Positions 8,775 to 16,870 of a stretch of 40,823 nt of DNA are shown one piece after another. Below the pieces are notes generated by a model. The model saw nothing but the letters and a program-made list of their open reading frames with translations. It did not search any database and was not told the origin of the DNA. Source of the stretch: Ardenticatenia bacterium (GTDB lineage: Bacteria; Chloroflexota; Anaerolineae; Aggregatilineales; JALXEW01); contig JALXEW010000258.1 of the NCBI GenBank assembly GCA_027069285.1, forward strand, positions 1 through 40,823, given 5' to 3'. The translations under genes were made by a program, and so were the position numbers. Every line of letters starts with the position of its first letter. The first letter of the stretch is position 1.

Positions 8775-11183
8775 GTGAGAGTTATAGCCGGTCTTTCCAT
8801 CGTTTCTATCCTTGCCGGGGCATGTGTCCCGGCCATGTTCGCAACGGATACGCCTATGCCACTTGAGAGCACCAGACCAAGACCTGACTTTATCCCTGCT
8901 GCCGCGTGGGCCAGGCCGATCGGTTTACCGGTTGAGCGTGTCGGCCACCCACGCACAGAGTACCACATCGTTGACGACGGCCCGTACCAGGGGGCGCCGC
9001 TTGGCGGCCTGGGGGCGGGGACGTTCGGACGCACATTCCGGGGGGACTTCGCACGGTGGCACCTTGACATCGGAGTCCACCGCTACGAGACGCTCCCGGC
9101 CAACATGTTCAGCGTCTACATGCGGCGGGGCGATGAGACGATCGCGCAGGCGCTATGGACCGGCGCCCCGAACGGCGTGCTCCAAAGCTGGAACTGGAAC
9201 TACCCGATCGGCGGCGGCACCTACTACGCCCTATACCCACGATCCTGGTTCGTTTACGACTGGGAACGATTCCCGGTTGAACTCAGCGTGGAGCAATTCT
9301 CCCCGGTGATACCCGGCGACTATCGCGTCAGCAGCTACCCGATCGCCCTCTTCATCTGGGAAGCCCACAACCCGACCGACGAGACGATCACCGTCGGGAT
9401 CATGCTCACATGGCAGAACCTGCTGGGTCACGGCTGGGATCGTGACTTCATCGGCGGCCAGGCCCACCACGCCGAACGCGATGGCGACACAGTAGGAGTG
9501 GTAATGACCCGTTCCGACGACTTCACCGGCGAGGAGTGGGACGGCTCGTGGGCCATCGCGGCCATCGGATCGCCGGGAGTGCGGCTCTCATATAGGAGCC
9601 GATTCCGCGTCAACGGGGACGGCGCCGAAATATGGGGGGACTTCGCCGCCGATGGAGCATTAGAAAACATTGACGACCGGACGCCCTCCCGGATGGGGGA
9701 GGTACTGGGCGCAGGCATTGCCGCCACATTCGAGATCGGGCCTGGCGAAACCATCCGGGTGCCGTTCGCGGTGGCCTGGGACATGCCGGTGATGACATTC
9801 GGCAACGGGACAGGCTGGTACAAGCGCTACACCGCCTTCTTCGGACGGGACGGCCACCACGCATGGGAGATCGCCCGCGAGGGCCTTTCCGAATGGGAAA
9901 ACTGGCGCCGCAGGATAATCGAATGGCAGCAGCCGATCCTCAACGATCCCGGCAGGCCGGACTGGTACAAGACGGCACTATTCAACGAACTCTACTTCCT
10001 GGCCGACGGCGCAACCGCCTGGGAACACGGTCGCGTGGGCGAACCGGAGCCGCCGGACGACTACATCGGCGGATTCCTCTACATCGAATGCTTCGACTAC
10101 CCATTCTACGCCACCTTTGACGTGGATTTTTACGCCTCATTCGCACTGCTCCAGCTATGGCCGGAGCTTGAGGTACGGCTGATGCGAGATTTCGCCGCCA
10201 CAGTGCCGATGGAGGACCTGACCGAGCGCCAGATCATCGCGACCGGCGAGACGGCACCCCGTCTGCTGGCCGGCGCCGTGCCACACGACCTGGGCGCCCC
10301 CCATGAAGACCCCTGGCTGATGCCCAACGCCTACGACTACCAGGACGTGAACCGCTGGAAAGACCTCAACGCCAAATTCGTCCTCCGCCTCTACCGCGAC
10401 GTAGTGCTCTTGGGCCGAGACGACCTTGCCAGCGAACTATGGGCCGACGCGCTGATGGCAATGGACTACCTGGCCGAGATGGATCGCGATGGCGACGGGA
10501 TACCGGAAAACGAGGGGTTCCCGGATCAAACCTATGACACCTGGTCGGTCAGCGGGGTCAGCGCCTACAGCGGCGGGCTATGGTTGGCGGCCCTGCGTGC
10601 GGCCCGCGAGCTTGCGTTGCTGGCCGGTGACCCCGAATCCGCCGAGCGTTTCGGCGCGATGCTGGATACCGCGCTCCAGACCTACGAGGACGCGCTATGG
10701 AACGGCAGCTACTACAACTACGACAACAGCGACTCACCTTACCACGATAGCATCATGGCCGATCAGCTCGCCGGGCAGTGGTACATGGACGTGGTGGGAT
10801 TACCGCTGCTGCCTGACGATCACATCCGATCCGCCCTGGAACGCATATACGAAATGAACGTAATGCGCTACGGGAACGGTCGGCTGGGCGCGGTAAACGG
10901 CATGAGACCCGATGGCGAAGTTGACGATTCCAGCCAGCAATCGGTTGAAGTATGGAGCGGCACCACATACGCCCTATCGTCCCTGATGATGTACCGTGGC
11001 ATGGCCGAGCAGGCCTGGGCCACCGCACACGGTGCCTACCTTGTCACATATGAAACCGGCGCCTTCTGGTTCCGCACCCCAGAGGCATGGGACGCCGACC
11101 TGAACTTCCGCGCCACCATCTACCTGCGCCCGCTATCGATCTGGGCGCTGGAAACAGCATACCGCTCCACCCACGGGCGCTGA
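8775..11183 (+). CDS. GH116 family beta-glucosidase / GBA2-type glucosylceramidase homologue
   Basis: Hallmark N-domain motif GAPLGGLGAGTFGRTFRGDFARWHL and a C-terminal (alpha/alpha)6 DUF608-type region. GGAGGGG sits 7 nt before GTG 8775. The N-terminus is hydrophobic and signal-like. Confidence 0.85.
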   Translation: MRVIAGLSIVSILAGACVPAMFATDTPMPLESTRPRPDFIPAAAWARPIGLPVERVGHPRTEYHIVDDGPYQGAPLGGLGAGTFGRTFRGDFARWHLDIGVHRYETLPANMFSVYMRRGDETIAQALWTGAPNGVLQSWNWNYPIGGGTYYALYPRSWFVYDWERFPVELSVEQFSPVIPGDYRVSSYPIALFIWEAHNPTDETITVGIMLTWQNLLGHGWDRDFIGGQAHHAERDGDTVGVVMTRSDDFTGEEWDGSWAIAAIGSPGVRLSYRSRFRVNGDGAEIWGDFAADGALENIDDRTPSRMGEVLGAGIAATFEIGPGETIRVPFAVAWDMPVMTFGNGTGWYKRYTAFFGRDGHHAWEIAREGLSEWENWRRRIIEWQQPILNDPGRPDWYKTALFNELYFLADGATAWEHGRVGEPEPPDDYIGGFLYIECFDYPFYATFDVDFYASFALLQLWPELEVRLMRDFAATVPMEDLTERQIIATGETAPRLLAGAVPHDLGAPHEDPWLMPNAYDYQDVNRWKDLNAKFVLRLYRDVVLLGRDDLASELWADALMAMDYLAEMDRDGDGIPENEGFPDQTYDTWSVSGVSAYSGGLWLAALRAARELALLAGDPESAERFGAMLDTALQTYEDALWNGSYYNYDNSDSPYHDSIMADQLAGQWYMDVVGLPLLPDDHIRSALERIYEMNVMRYGNGRLGAVNGMRPDGEVDDSSQQSVEVWSGTTYALSSLMMYRGMAEQAWATAHGAYLVTYETGAFWFRTPEAWDADLNFRATIYLRPLSIWALETAYRSTHGR

Positions 11184-11285
11184 TCCGCCGCCGGGACGCC
11201 TACCGACACCGACCCTGCCGGCCACATCATCTGGACAGGCTCGGTTTTATTACCATATTGACTACTTGAGTTGCACAGCCCTGTG

Positions 11286-11303
11286 CGGTATACTCATATA
11301 CCG
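11286..11303. promoter_or_regulatory. Perfect inverted repeat CGGTATA-N4-TATACCG; candidate operator overlapping a possible -10
   Basis: 7-bp arms with a 4-nt spacer, AT-rich in a GC-rich context. It contains TATACT (11289-11294), which lies 17 nt downstream of TTGAGT (11266-11271). Confidence 0.35.
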
Positions 11304-11393
11304 GTGATGGGGAAAGGCAATATCATAGCCCGCAATTCCCCGCCGTCTTCTGTGCCCCCTTGTATCTCTAAGTAGCAGGGCAACGAACCTACA

Positions 11394-11403
11394 GAGAGCG
11401 CTC
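11394..11403. promoter_or_regulatory. Third copy of the LacI-operator core (GAGAGCGCTC)
   Basis: This 10-mer is identical to the core of O1/O2 but the flanks are not symmetric. It sits in the leader about 105 nt upstream of the opine-DH-like gene. Confidence 0.35.
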
Positions 11404-11508
11404 AAAGACGGTTCTGGGCCGCCTTAGGTGCACATCACGCACTCACAAAGGCACCCACATCTCGTGTAACCGCAGCATCGAGAAACCTTTATCCTGTGGA
11501 GGAGGACG

Positions 11509-12639
11509 ATGGGCGAGAAACGACAAATAACCGTGGTTGGGGCAGGTCACGGCGGCAAAGCGATGGCTGCAGACCTGGCCTACCAGGGGCATGAGGTCAA
11601 CCTCTTCAACCGCAGCTGGCACCATATAGACACCATCGCCGCGCGAGGTGGAATCGAGATCAAATTCGAGGACGGCACCCAGGGTTTCGGAAACCTGCGC
11701 AAAGTGACCAGCGAGATGGAAGAAGCACTCGAAGACACCGAACTGATCATGGTCGTAGTCCCCGCATCCGGCCACCGGGATGTGGCCAGGATGTGTGCCC
11801 CACACCTGAAAGACGGCCAGATCATAGTCCTGAACCCCGGCAGGACGGGCGGCGCATTGGAATTCCGCAAAGTACTACAAGAATCCGGCTGCACAGCCGA
11901 CGTGATCGTGGCCGAGGCCGCAACCCTGCTATTCGCCAGCCGCAGCACCGGCCCGGCAGAAGCCCGGATATTCCGCCGTAAGAACACTGTCCCGCTGGCG
12001 GCGCTACCGGCCACGCAAACACCAAAAGTGCTCGAAGTCCTGAAAGACGTATACCCGCAATTCATCCCGGCCCCGAACGTGCTCCACACCAGCACGAACA
12101 ACCTGGGCGCTATCTTCCATCCGGCCCTGAGCATACTGAACGCCGGCTGGATCGAAAGCACAGGCGGCGCCTTCCAGTTCTACATGGAAGGCGTGACACC
12201 ATCCACATCAAGAGTGCTGGAGCGCCTGGATAGGGAACGGGTGACCGTGGCCGCTGCAATGGGCGTGCGCGTGCAGACCAGTATGGAATGGCTCGCCGGC
12301 GCATACTCCGCCTACGGCGACACCCTCTACGAGGCCATGCACCGTAACCCCGGCTACAAGGGCATCATGGCACCGGCGACCTTACGCCATCGCTACATCT
12401 TCGAGGACGTGCCCTACAGCCTGGTGCCGATCGCCGAACTGGGGCGTCGTTTCGGCGTTGACGTTTGGGCAATGGACGCGATGATCCGCCTGGCATCCGT
12501 GATCCACGGCACCGACTACTGGCATCGGGGCCGCACACTGGAGCGCATGGGCCTGGTGGGCCTCTCCGTGATGGAGATCACACGCCTGGTCGAAACCGGC
12601 AACGCACGTGACGAACGGGACATAGCGGAGATGGGGTGA
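11509..12639 (+). CDS. NAD(P)-dependent octopine/nopaline (opine) dehydrogenase family protein
   Basis: Rossmann motif ITVVGAGHGGKAMAADL. The family-typical middle and C-terminal region includes NNLGAIFHPALSILNAGWIES and YIFEDVPYSLVPI. GGAGGAGG sits upstream of the ATG. Confidence 0.85.
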   Translation: MGEKRQITVVGAGHGGKAMAADLAYQGHEVNLFNRSWHHIDTIAARGGIEIKFEDGTQGFGNLRKVTSEMEEALEDTELIMVVVPASGHRDVARMCAPHLKDGQIIVLNPGRTGGALEFRKVLQESGCTADVIVAEAATLLFASRSTGPAEARIFRRKNTVPLAALPATQTPKVLEVLKDVYPQFIPAPNVLHTSTNNLGAIFHPALSILNAGWIESTGGAFQFYMEGVTPSTSRVLERLDRERVTVAAAMGVRVQTSMEWLAGAYSAYGDTLYEAMHRNPGYKGIMAPATLRHRYIFEDVPYSLVPIAELGRRFGVDVWAMDAMIRLASVIHGTDYWHRGRTLERMGLVGLSVMEITRLVETGNARDERDIAEMG

Positions 12640-14258
12640 AAATGGCCAAAAAAGTGCTCGCCGGCGCCATCGGTGATTGCGTACACGTGGCAGGAGTAAC
12701 CAGATTCCTGAACATAGCCGAAGACCTGGGCTACGAAACCCACTTCACCGGCCCCGCGACCGACCTGGAAACCTTTGTCGAACGGGCAGTCGAAATACAG
12801 CCGGACGTGATCGGCGTCAGCTACCGGCTGACCCCGGAGAACGCCCGGACACTCCTGACAGAACTGAAAGGGATGCTGGAAGCAGCCGGCCTAACCGATA
12901 AAACACTGATGTTCGGCGGCACCCCACCGGTCGCCGAAGTCGCCCGCGAACTGGGCTACTTTGACGTGATATTCAGCGGCGACGAACCCCCGCACCGGGT
13001 GCAGGCCGCGCTGCGCGGCGAGCGCGTGGATAAGCCCGACGAATCCTCATACCCGCAGACGGCAATAGAACGCATAAAGTGGAAAGCTCCCTACCCGATC
13101 CTGCGCCATCACTTCGGCATCCCCGCCCCCACCATCGAGCCCACCGTTGAAGGGATCGCCAAAATAGCCGAGGCCCATGTGCTGGACGTAATATCGCTGG
13201 GCGCCGACCAGGACGCACAGGAAAACTTCTTCCGCCCGCACCTGCAAGACCCACGGAGCAAGGGCGCAGGTGGCGTCCCATTCCGCACAGAAGATGACCT
13301 AAAACGGCTTTACCGGGCCAGCAGACGCGGCAACTATCCCCTCATGCGTTCCTACTCCGGCACCGCCGATCACATCAAATACGCCGAGATGCTGGTACGC
13401 ACGATAAACAACGCCTGGTGTGCCACCTCACTGTTCTGGTTCAACGCGATGGACGGGCGCGGCCCATCCCCACTGGAGCAATCGATCCGCGAGCACCAGG
13501 AACTGATGCGCTGGCACGGCGAGCGAGGCATCCCGGTTGAGGGCAACGAGCCATACCACTGGGGTATGCGCGACGCGCCGGACGTAGTAGTCTGCGCGGC
13601 CTCGTACATATACGCCCACAACGCCAAGAAAATGGGCGTGCGGGACTACATCGCCACCTACATGTTCGAAAGCCCGCCCCACCTATCCAACCGGATGGAC
13701 CTGGCCAAATGCCTGGCCCAGATCGAGATCGCAGAGTCCTTTGCCGACGCAAACTTCCGGGTCTGGCGGCAGACCCGCACCGGACTCCTGAGCTACCCGG
13801 TCGACCAAAGGCGTGCACGCGCGCACCTGGCCCAAAGCATCATGCTACAGATGGCCGTGAAACCGCACATCGTACACATAGTGGGCTACACCGAGGCAGA
13901 TCACGCAGCCACGGCAGACGAAGTGATCGAGAGCGCCGTGATGGCCCAGCAAGTGATAGAAACGGCCATACGCGGCACCCCGGATATGACCTGCGATCCG
14001 GTGGTGCAGGCCCGCAAAGAGGAGCTGCTTGCCGAGACTCACGAGCTGCTGGACGCCATCCGCGCCCTCGCGCCCAACTTGGAAGACCCGCTATCCGACC
14101 CGGCCACACTGGCCCGCGCAGTCAAAGAAGGCCTGATGGACGCGCCACAACTGCTCAACAACCCATACGCTCCGGGCAGGATACGCACCCGCAGCATCAA
14201 CGGCGCCATCGTAGCCGTGGACGAAAGGGGCCGCCCGTGGAAGTGGTACGCCCGGTAA
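12636..14258 (+). CDS. B12-binding-domain protein with a large uncharacterised C-terminal domain
   Basis: The N-terminal ~130 aa look like a Rossmann-like cobalamin-binding domain (GAIGDCVHVAGV ... GVSYRL ... MFGGTP). About 400 further aa have no motif I can name and no CxxxCxxC. The start overlaps the upstream stop (GTGA at 12636-12639); ATG 12642 is an alternative. Confidence 0.75.
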   Translation: MKMAKKVLAGAIGDCVHVAGVTRFLNIAEDLGYETHFTGPATDLETFVERAVEIQPDVIGVSYRLTPENARTLLTELKGMLEAAGLTDKTLMFGGTPPVAEVARELGYFDVIFSGDEPPHRVQAALRGERVDKPDESSYPQTAIERIKWKAPYPILRHHFGIPAPTIEPTVEGIAKIAEAHVLDVISLGADQDAQENFFRPHLQDPRSKGAGGVPFRTEDDLKRLYRASRRGNYPLMRSYSGTADHIKYAEMLVRTINNAWCATSLFWFNAMDGRGPSPLEQSIREHQELMRWHGERGIPVEGNEPYHWGMRDAPDVVVCAASYIYAHNAKKMGVRDYIATYMFESPPHLSNRMDLAKCLAQIEIAESFADANFRVWRQTRTGLLSYPVDQRRARAHLAQSIMLQMAVKPHIVHIVGYTEADHAATADEVIESAVMAQQVIETAIRGTPDMTCDPVVQARKEELLAETHELLDAIRALAPNLEDPLSDPATLARAVKEGLMDAPQLLNNPYAPGRIRTRSINGAIVAVDERGRPWKWYAR

Positions 14259-15095
14259 TCAACCCTCGCCCGCCGCAATCGGCACCTGGCTGGCATCGCC
14301 ACGCAGCACCACATATCTGCTGCGCACCCAGCCAACCCCGAACGGGGAGACCACCTGATACCAGCTCCAGTCCAGATTCCGGCCCACGATCTCCATCTCC
14401 GTGCTGCTGCGAACCGCGCCGAGTATCGCGTACTCAGTTCCCGGCCCCGCCCGGACGTTGAGATAAGCGGTGAAGACCACGGCATACGGAGTCGGTGGTG
14501 GCGGCGGCGGGACATAGGGGGAAACATCCGGCGTTCCGGACGCATCACCGCGCAGTGCCACATAGCTGGCCTTCACCCATCCGATGCCGTATGGCGAGGA
14601 GACTTGATACCAGCTCCAATCGGTATTGCGGCCCACAATGATCAGCTCCATGCCGGTGTGCACCACCCCGATAACCGGATAATCCAGACCCGGCCCGGTG
14701 CGCACGTTCAAATTCGGGGCGAAGATAACGGCAATCGGCTGCGCGTAAGAGCTGACCTGAATATCGGTCGTGACCTCCACGCCGCCGACATCACCGGCTA
14801 CGACTATATAGCGGGCCATCACCCAGCCGGTGCCGAACGGCGATTCGACCTGCCACCAAAGCCGATTCGCGTCACGCCCGACGATCGGCAACTGGTCTCC
14901 GCGATGCACCACGCCGAGTATGACAAAAGCCGTCCCAGGCCCCTCGCGCACATTGAGGTTATCCACATTGACGACGGCCACCGGGCCGCCCCCCTGGGCC
15001 GCAGCGTCCCCCACCGGGCCGACAGGGGCCGCCCATACCGTCCCCACCACGACAAACAGGGAGATGACGACTGCCAACAAAATCGATCTTCTCAT
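14259..15095 (-). CDS. Secreted/anchored protein with three bacterial SH3 (SH3b) domains
   Basis: N-terminal hydrophobic anchor, then three units of NLNVR.GPG....ILG.V..G..L.IVGR......WYQV.SP.G.GWV...Y. A PPPPPP linker precedes the third unit. Confidence 0.85.
   Translation of the reverse strand: MRRSILLAVVISLFVVVGTVWAAPVGPVGDAAAQGGGPVAVVNVDNLNVREGPGTAFVILGVVHRGDQLPIVGRDANRLWWQVESPFGTGWVMARYIVVAGDVGGVEVTTDIQVSSYAQPIAVIFAPNLNVRTGPGLDYPVIGVVHTGMELIIVGRNTDWSWYQVSSPYGIGWVKASYVALRGDASGTPDVSPYVPPPPPPTPYAVVFTAYLNVRAGPGTEYAILGAVRSSTEMEIVGRNLDWSWYQVVSPFGVGWVRSRYVVLRGDASQVPIAAGEG
14292..14981 (-). repeat. Three tandem SH3b-coding repeats (about 75 aa each)
   Basis: Repeated peptide blocks are visible in the translation. 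Confidence 0.7.
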
Positions 15096-15255
15096 AGGCT
15101 TCCACCCTCCTTGCCCGGCCTGCTTTTCGGTGCACGAACCCAGAAACAGTATAGCCTATGTGCGATTTTTACGCATCGCCGGAGTGGTGGGAGCAGTTGC
15201 CGTCCGGCCCCGCACTATGGTATATTCCCCCAGCAAGATCGGAATGGGAGATGAC

Positions 15256-16137
15256 ATGGCAGTTCGGGAACAGGCACCACAAGACCAAACAATCGCCCCT
15301 CCGCGCCCCACCGACGAGCGCGTCACGATCATAAAACCATCTCGCGGATGGGCCTCGCTCAACCTGGGCGAACTATGGGAATACAGAGAACTGCTGTACT
15401 TCCTGGCCTGGCGCGACGTCAAAGTACGCTACAAACAAACGATCATCGGCGTGGCATGGGCGATCATACAGCCGCTCTTCACCATGTTAGTATTCAGCCT
15501 GTTCTTCGGCATGTGGGCCAACATGCCGTCGGACGCAATACCGTACCCCATCTTCAGCTACGCGGCCCTGGTCCCCTGGAACTTCTTCGCCAACGGCCTG
15601 CGCCAGGCATCCGATAGCCTGGTGCTCAGCGCCAACCTCATACGCAAAGTCTACTTCCCGCGCCTGGTCATCCCGATCGCATCCGTGCTCTCCGGCGTAG
15701 TGGACTTCGGCCTGGCATTCCTGGTGCTGCTGGGCATGATGCTGGCATACGGCATAGTACCCAGCCTGGAACGGGTGATCTGGCTGCCACCGCTCCTACT
15801 GCTGGCCCTGATCACCGCCCTGGGAGTAGGACTATGGCTTTCGGCCATGAACGTGCAATTTCGAGACGTGCGCTACACCGTCCCGTTCCTGATCCAGCTA
15901 TGGCTCTTCGCCACACCGATCGCATATCCAAGCAGCCTGCTACCCGAACCCTGGCGGACTATCTACGGCCTGAACCCGATGGCAGGCGTAGTCGAAGGTT
16001 TCAGATGGGCACTTCTAGGCGCCGAGACCGCACCAGGCCCCATGATAGCCGCGTCCACCTTCGTCGCGGTCACGCTCCTGGTCGGAGGCGCCTTCTACTT
16101 CCGTCGTATGGAAAAAACCTTTGCCGACATAGTATAA
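15256..16137 (+). CDS. ABC-2 type (Wzm/TagG-like) polysaccharide-export permease
   Basis: Family-typical start ELWEYRELLYFLAWRDVKVRYKQTIIGVAWAIIQPL and six TM segments. GGGAG sits 5 nt before ATG 15256; ATG 15244 is an alternative. The track ORF start at 14830 is a shadow extension across the SH3 gene. Confidence 0.85.
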   Translation: MAVREQAPQDQTIAPPRPTDERVTIIKPSRGWASLNLGELWEYRELLYFLAWRDVKVRYKQTIIGVAWAIIQPLFTMLVFSLFFGMWANMPSDAIPYPIFSYAALVPWNFFANGLRQASDSLVLSANLIRKVYFPRLVIPIASVLSGVVDFGLAFLVLLGMMLAYGIVPSLERVIWLPPLLLLALITALGVGLWLSAMNVQFRDVRYTVPFLIQLWLFATPIAYPSSLLPEPWRTIYGLNPMAGVVEGFRWALLGAETAPGPMIAASTFVAVTLLVGGAFYFRRMEKTFADIV

Positions 16138-16165
16138 ACTCGCGAACCCCACGGCAGCGTTCGCT

Positions 16166-16867
16166 ATGATGGACCTGGAATCCTTACAAAAGAAAATCGG
16201 CATACAATTTTCCGATCTCTCCCTTCTCCAGCGCGCCCTGACCCATAGCTCATACCTCCACGAGCACGAAGACGAGGTGCTGGAGGATAACGAGCGCCTG
16301 GAATTCCTGGGCGACGCGGTGCTGGACTTCATGGTAGCCGCCATGCTATACCACCGCTTCCCGGAAATGCGCGAAGGGGAAATGACCCGCCTCCGCGCCA
16401 GACTGGTACGCATGGAAACCCTGGCCAAAATCGCCAGGAAAATGGGCCTGAACCAGGCCCTCTACCTGGGTCACGGCGAGGAAGAAAGCGGCGGCAGGGA
16501 ACGTCCCGGCAACCTCTGCGCAGTATTCGAGGCATTCGTCGGCGCCCTATACCTGGATCAGGGCCTGGATGCAGTCAGAGAAGTGATCGAGCCGGAGCTA
16601 CTGGCCGTCCTCGAAGACTCCTTCGAGGGAGAGGTGGATAAAGACCCAAAGAGCAAACTCCAGGAATGGAGCCAGGGCACACTCGGCCTGACCCCGGTCT
16701 ACAACACCGTGAAGACCAGCGGGCCGGATCACGCCAAAACCTTCACCGTCGAAGTACTGATAAACGGCAGGCGTTTTGGGATCGGCACCGGCAGGAGCAA
16801 ACAAGCCGCATCGCAAGAAGCCGCACGCGCCGCCCTGGCGGCCATCGAGGCCGGGGAGCTACCCTGA
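16166..16867 (+). CDS. rnc: Ribonuclease III
   Basis: Signature ERLEFLGDAVLDF and a C-terminal dsRBD (DPKSKLQEW ... GPDHAKTFTVEV ... GRSKQAASQEAA). Confidence 0.95.
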   Translation: MMDLESLQKKIGIQFSDLSLLQRALTHSSYLHEHEDEVLEDNERLEFLGDAVLDFMVAAMLYHRFPEMREGEMTRLRARLVRMETLAKIARKMGLNQALYLGHGEEESGGRERPGNLCAVFEAFVGALYLDQGLDAVREVIEPELLAVLEDSFEGEVDKDPKSKLQEWSQGTLGLTPVYNTVKTSGPDHAKTFTVEVLINGRRFGIGTGRSKQAASQEAARAALAAIEAGELP

Positions 16868-16870
16868 ACC

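Noticed and set aside
11214-11250. Possible terminator after the GH116 gene (CCTGCC...GACAGG then TTTT)
   Set aside because: The stem is only 4-5 bp with a mismatch, the loop is 14 nt, and the T-run is separated from the stem by 5 nt. This is too weak to call.
11295-11508. Cobalamin riboswitch upstream of the B12-domain module
   Set aside because: Fragments such as GGGGAAAGGC and AGCCCGCAAT vaguely recall conserved Cbl-riboswitch elements. The B12-box spacing does not fit and I could not build the core junction by eye. Cbl riboswitches also usually control B12 supply genes, not B12-dependent enzymes. It is left as an unclassified leader and needs cmscan.
14830-15255. Long N-terminal extension of the ABC-2 permease ORF (track ORF 14830-16137)
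   Set aside because: It runs antisense through the SH3b gene and across the divergent promoter region. The recognisable family sequence begins after ATG 15244/15256, which has its own RBS. It is a typical GC-rich shadow extension.
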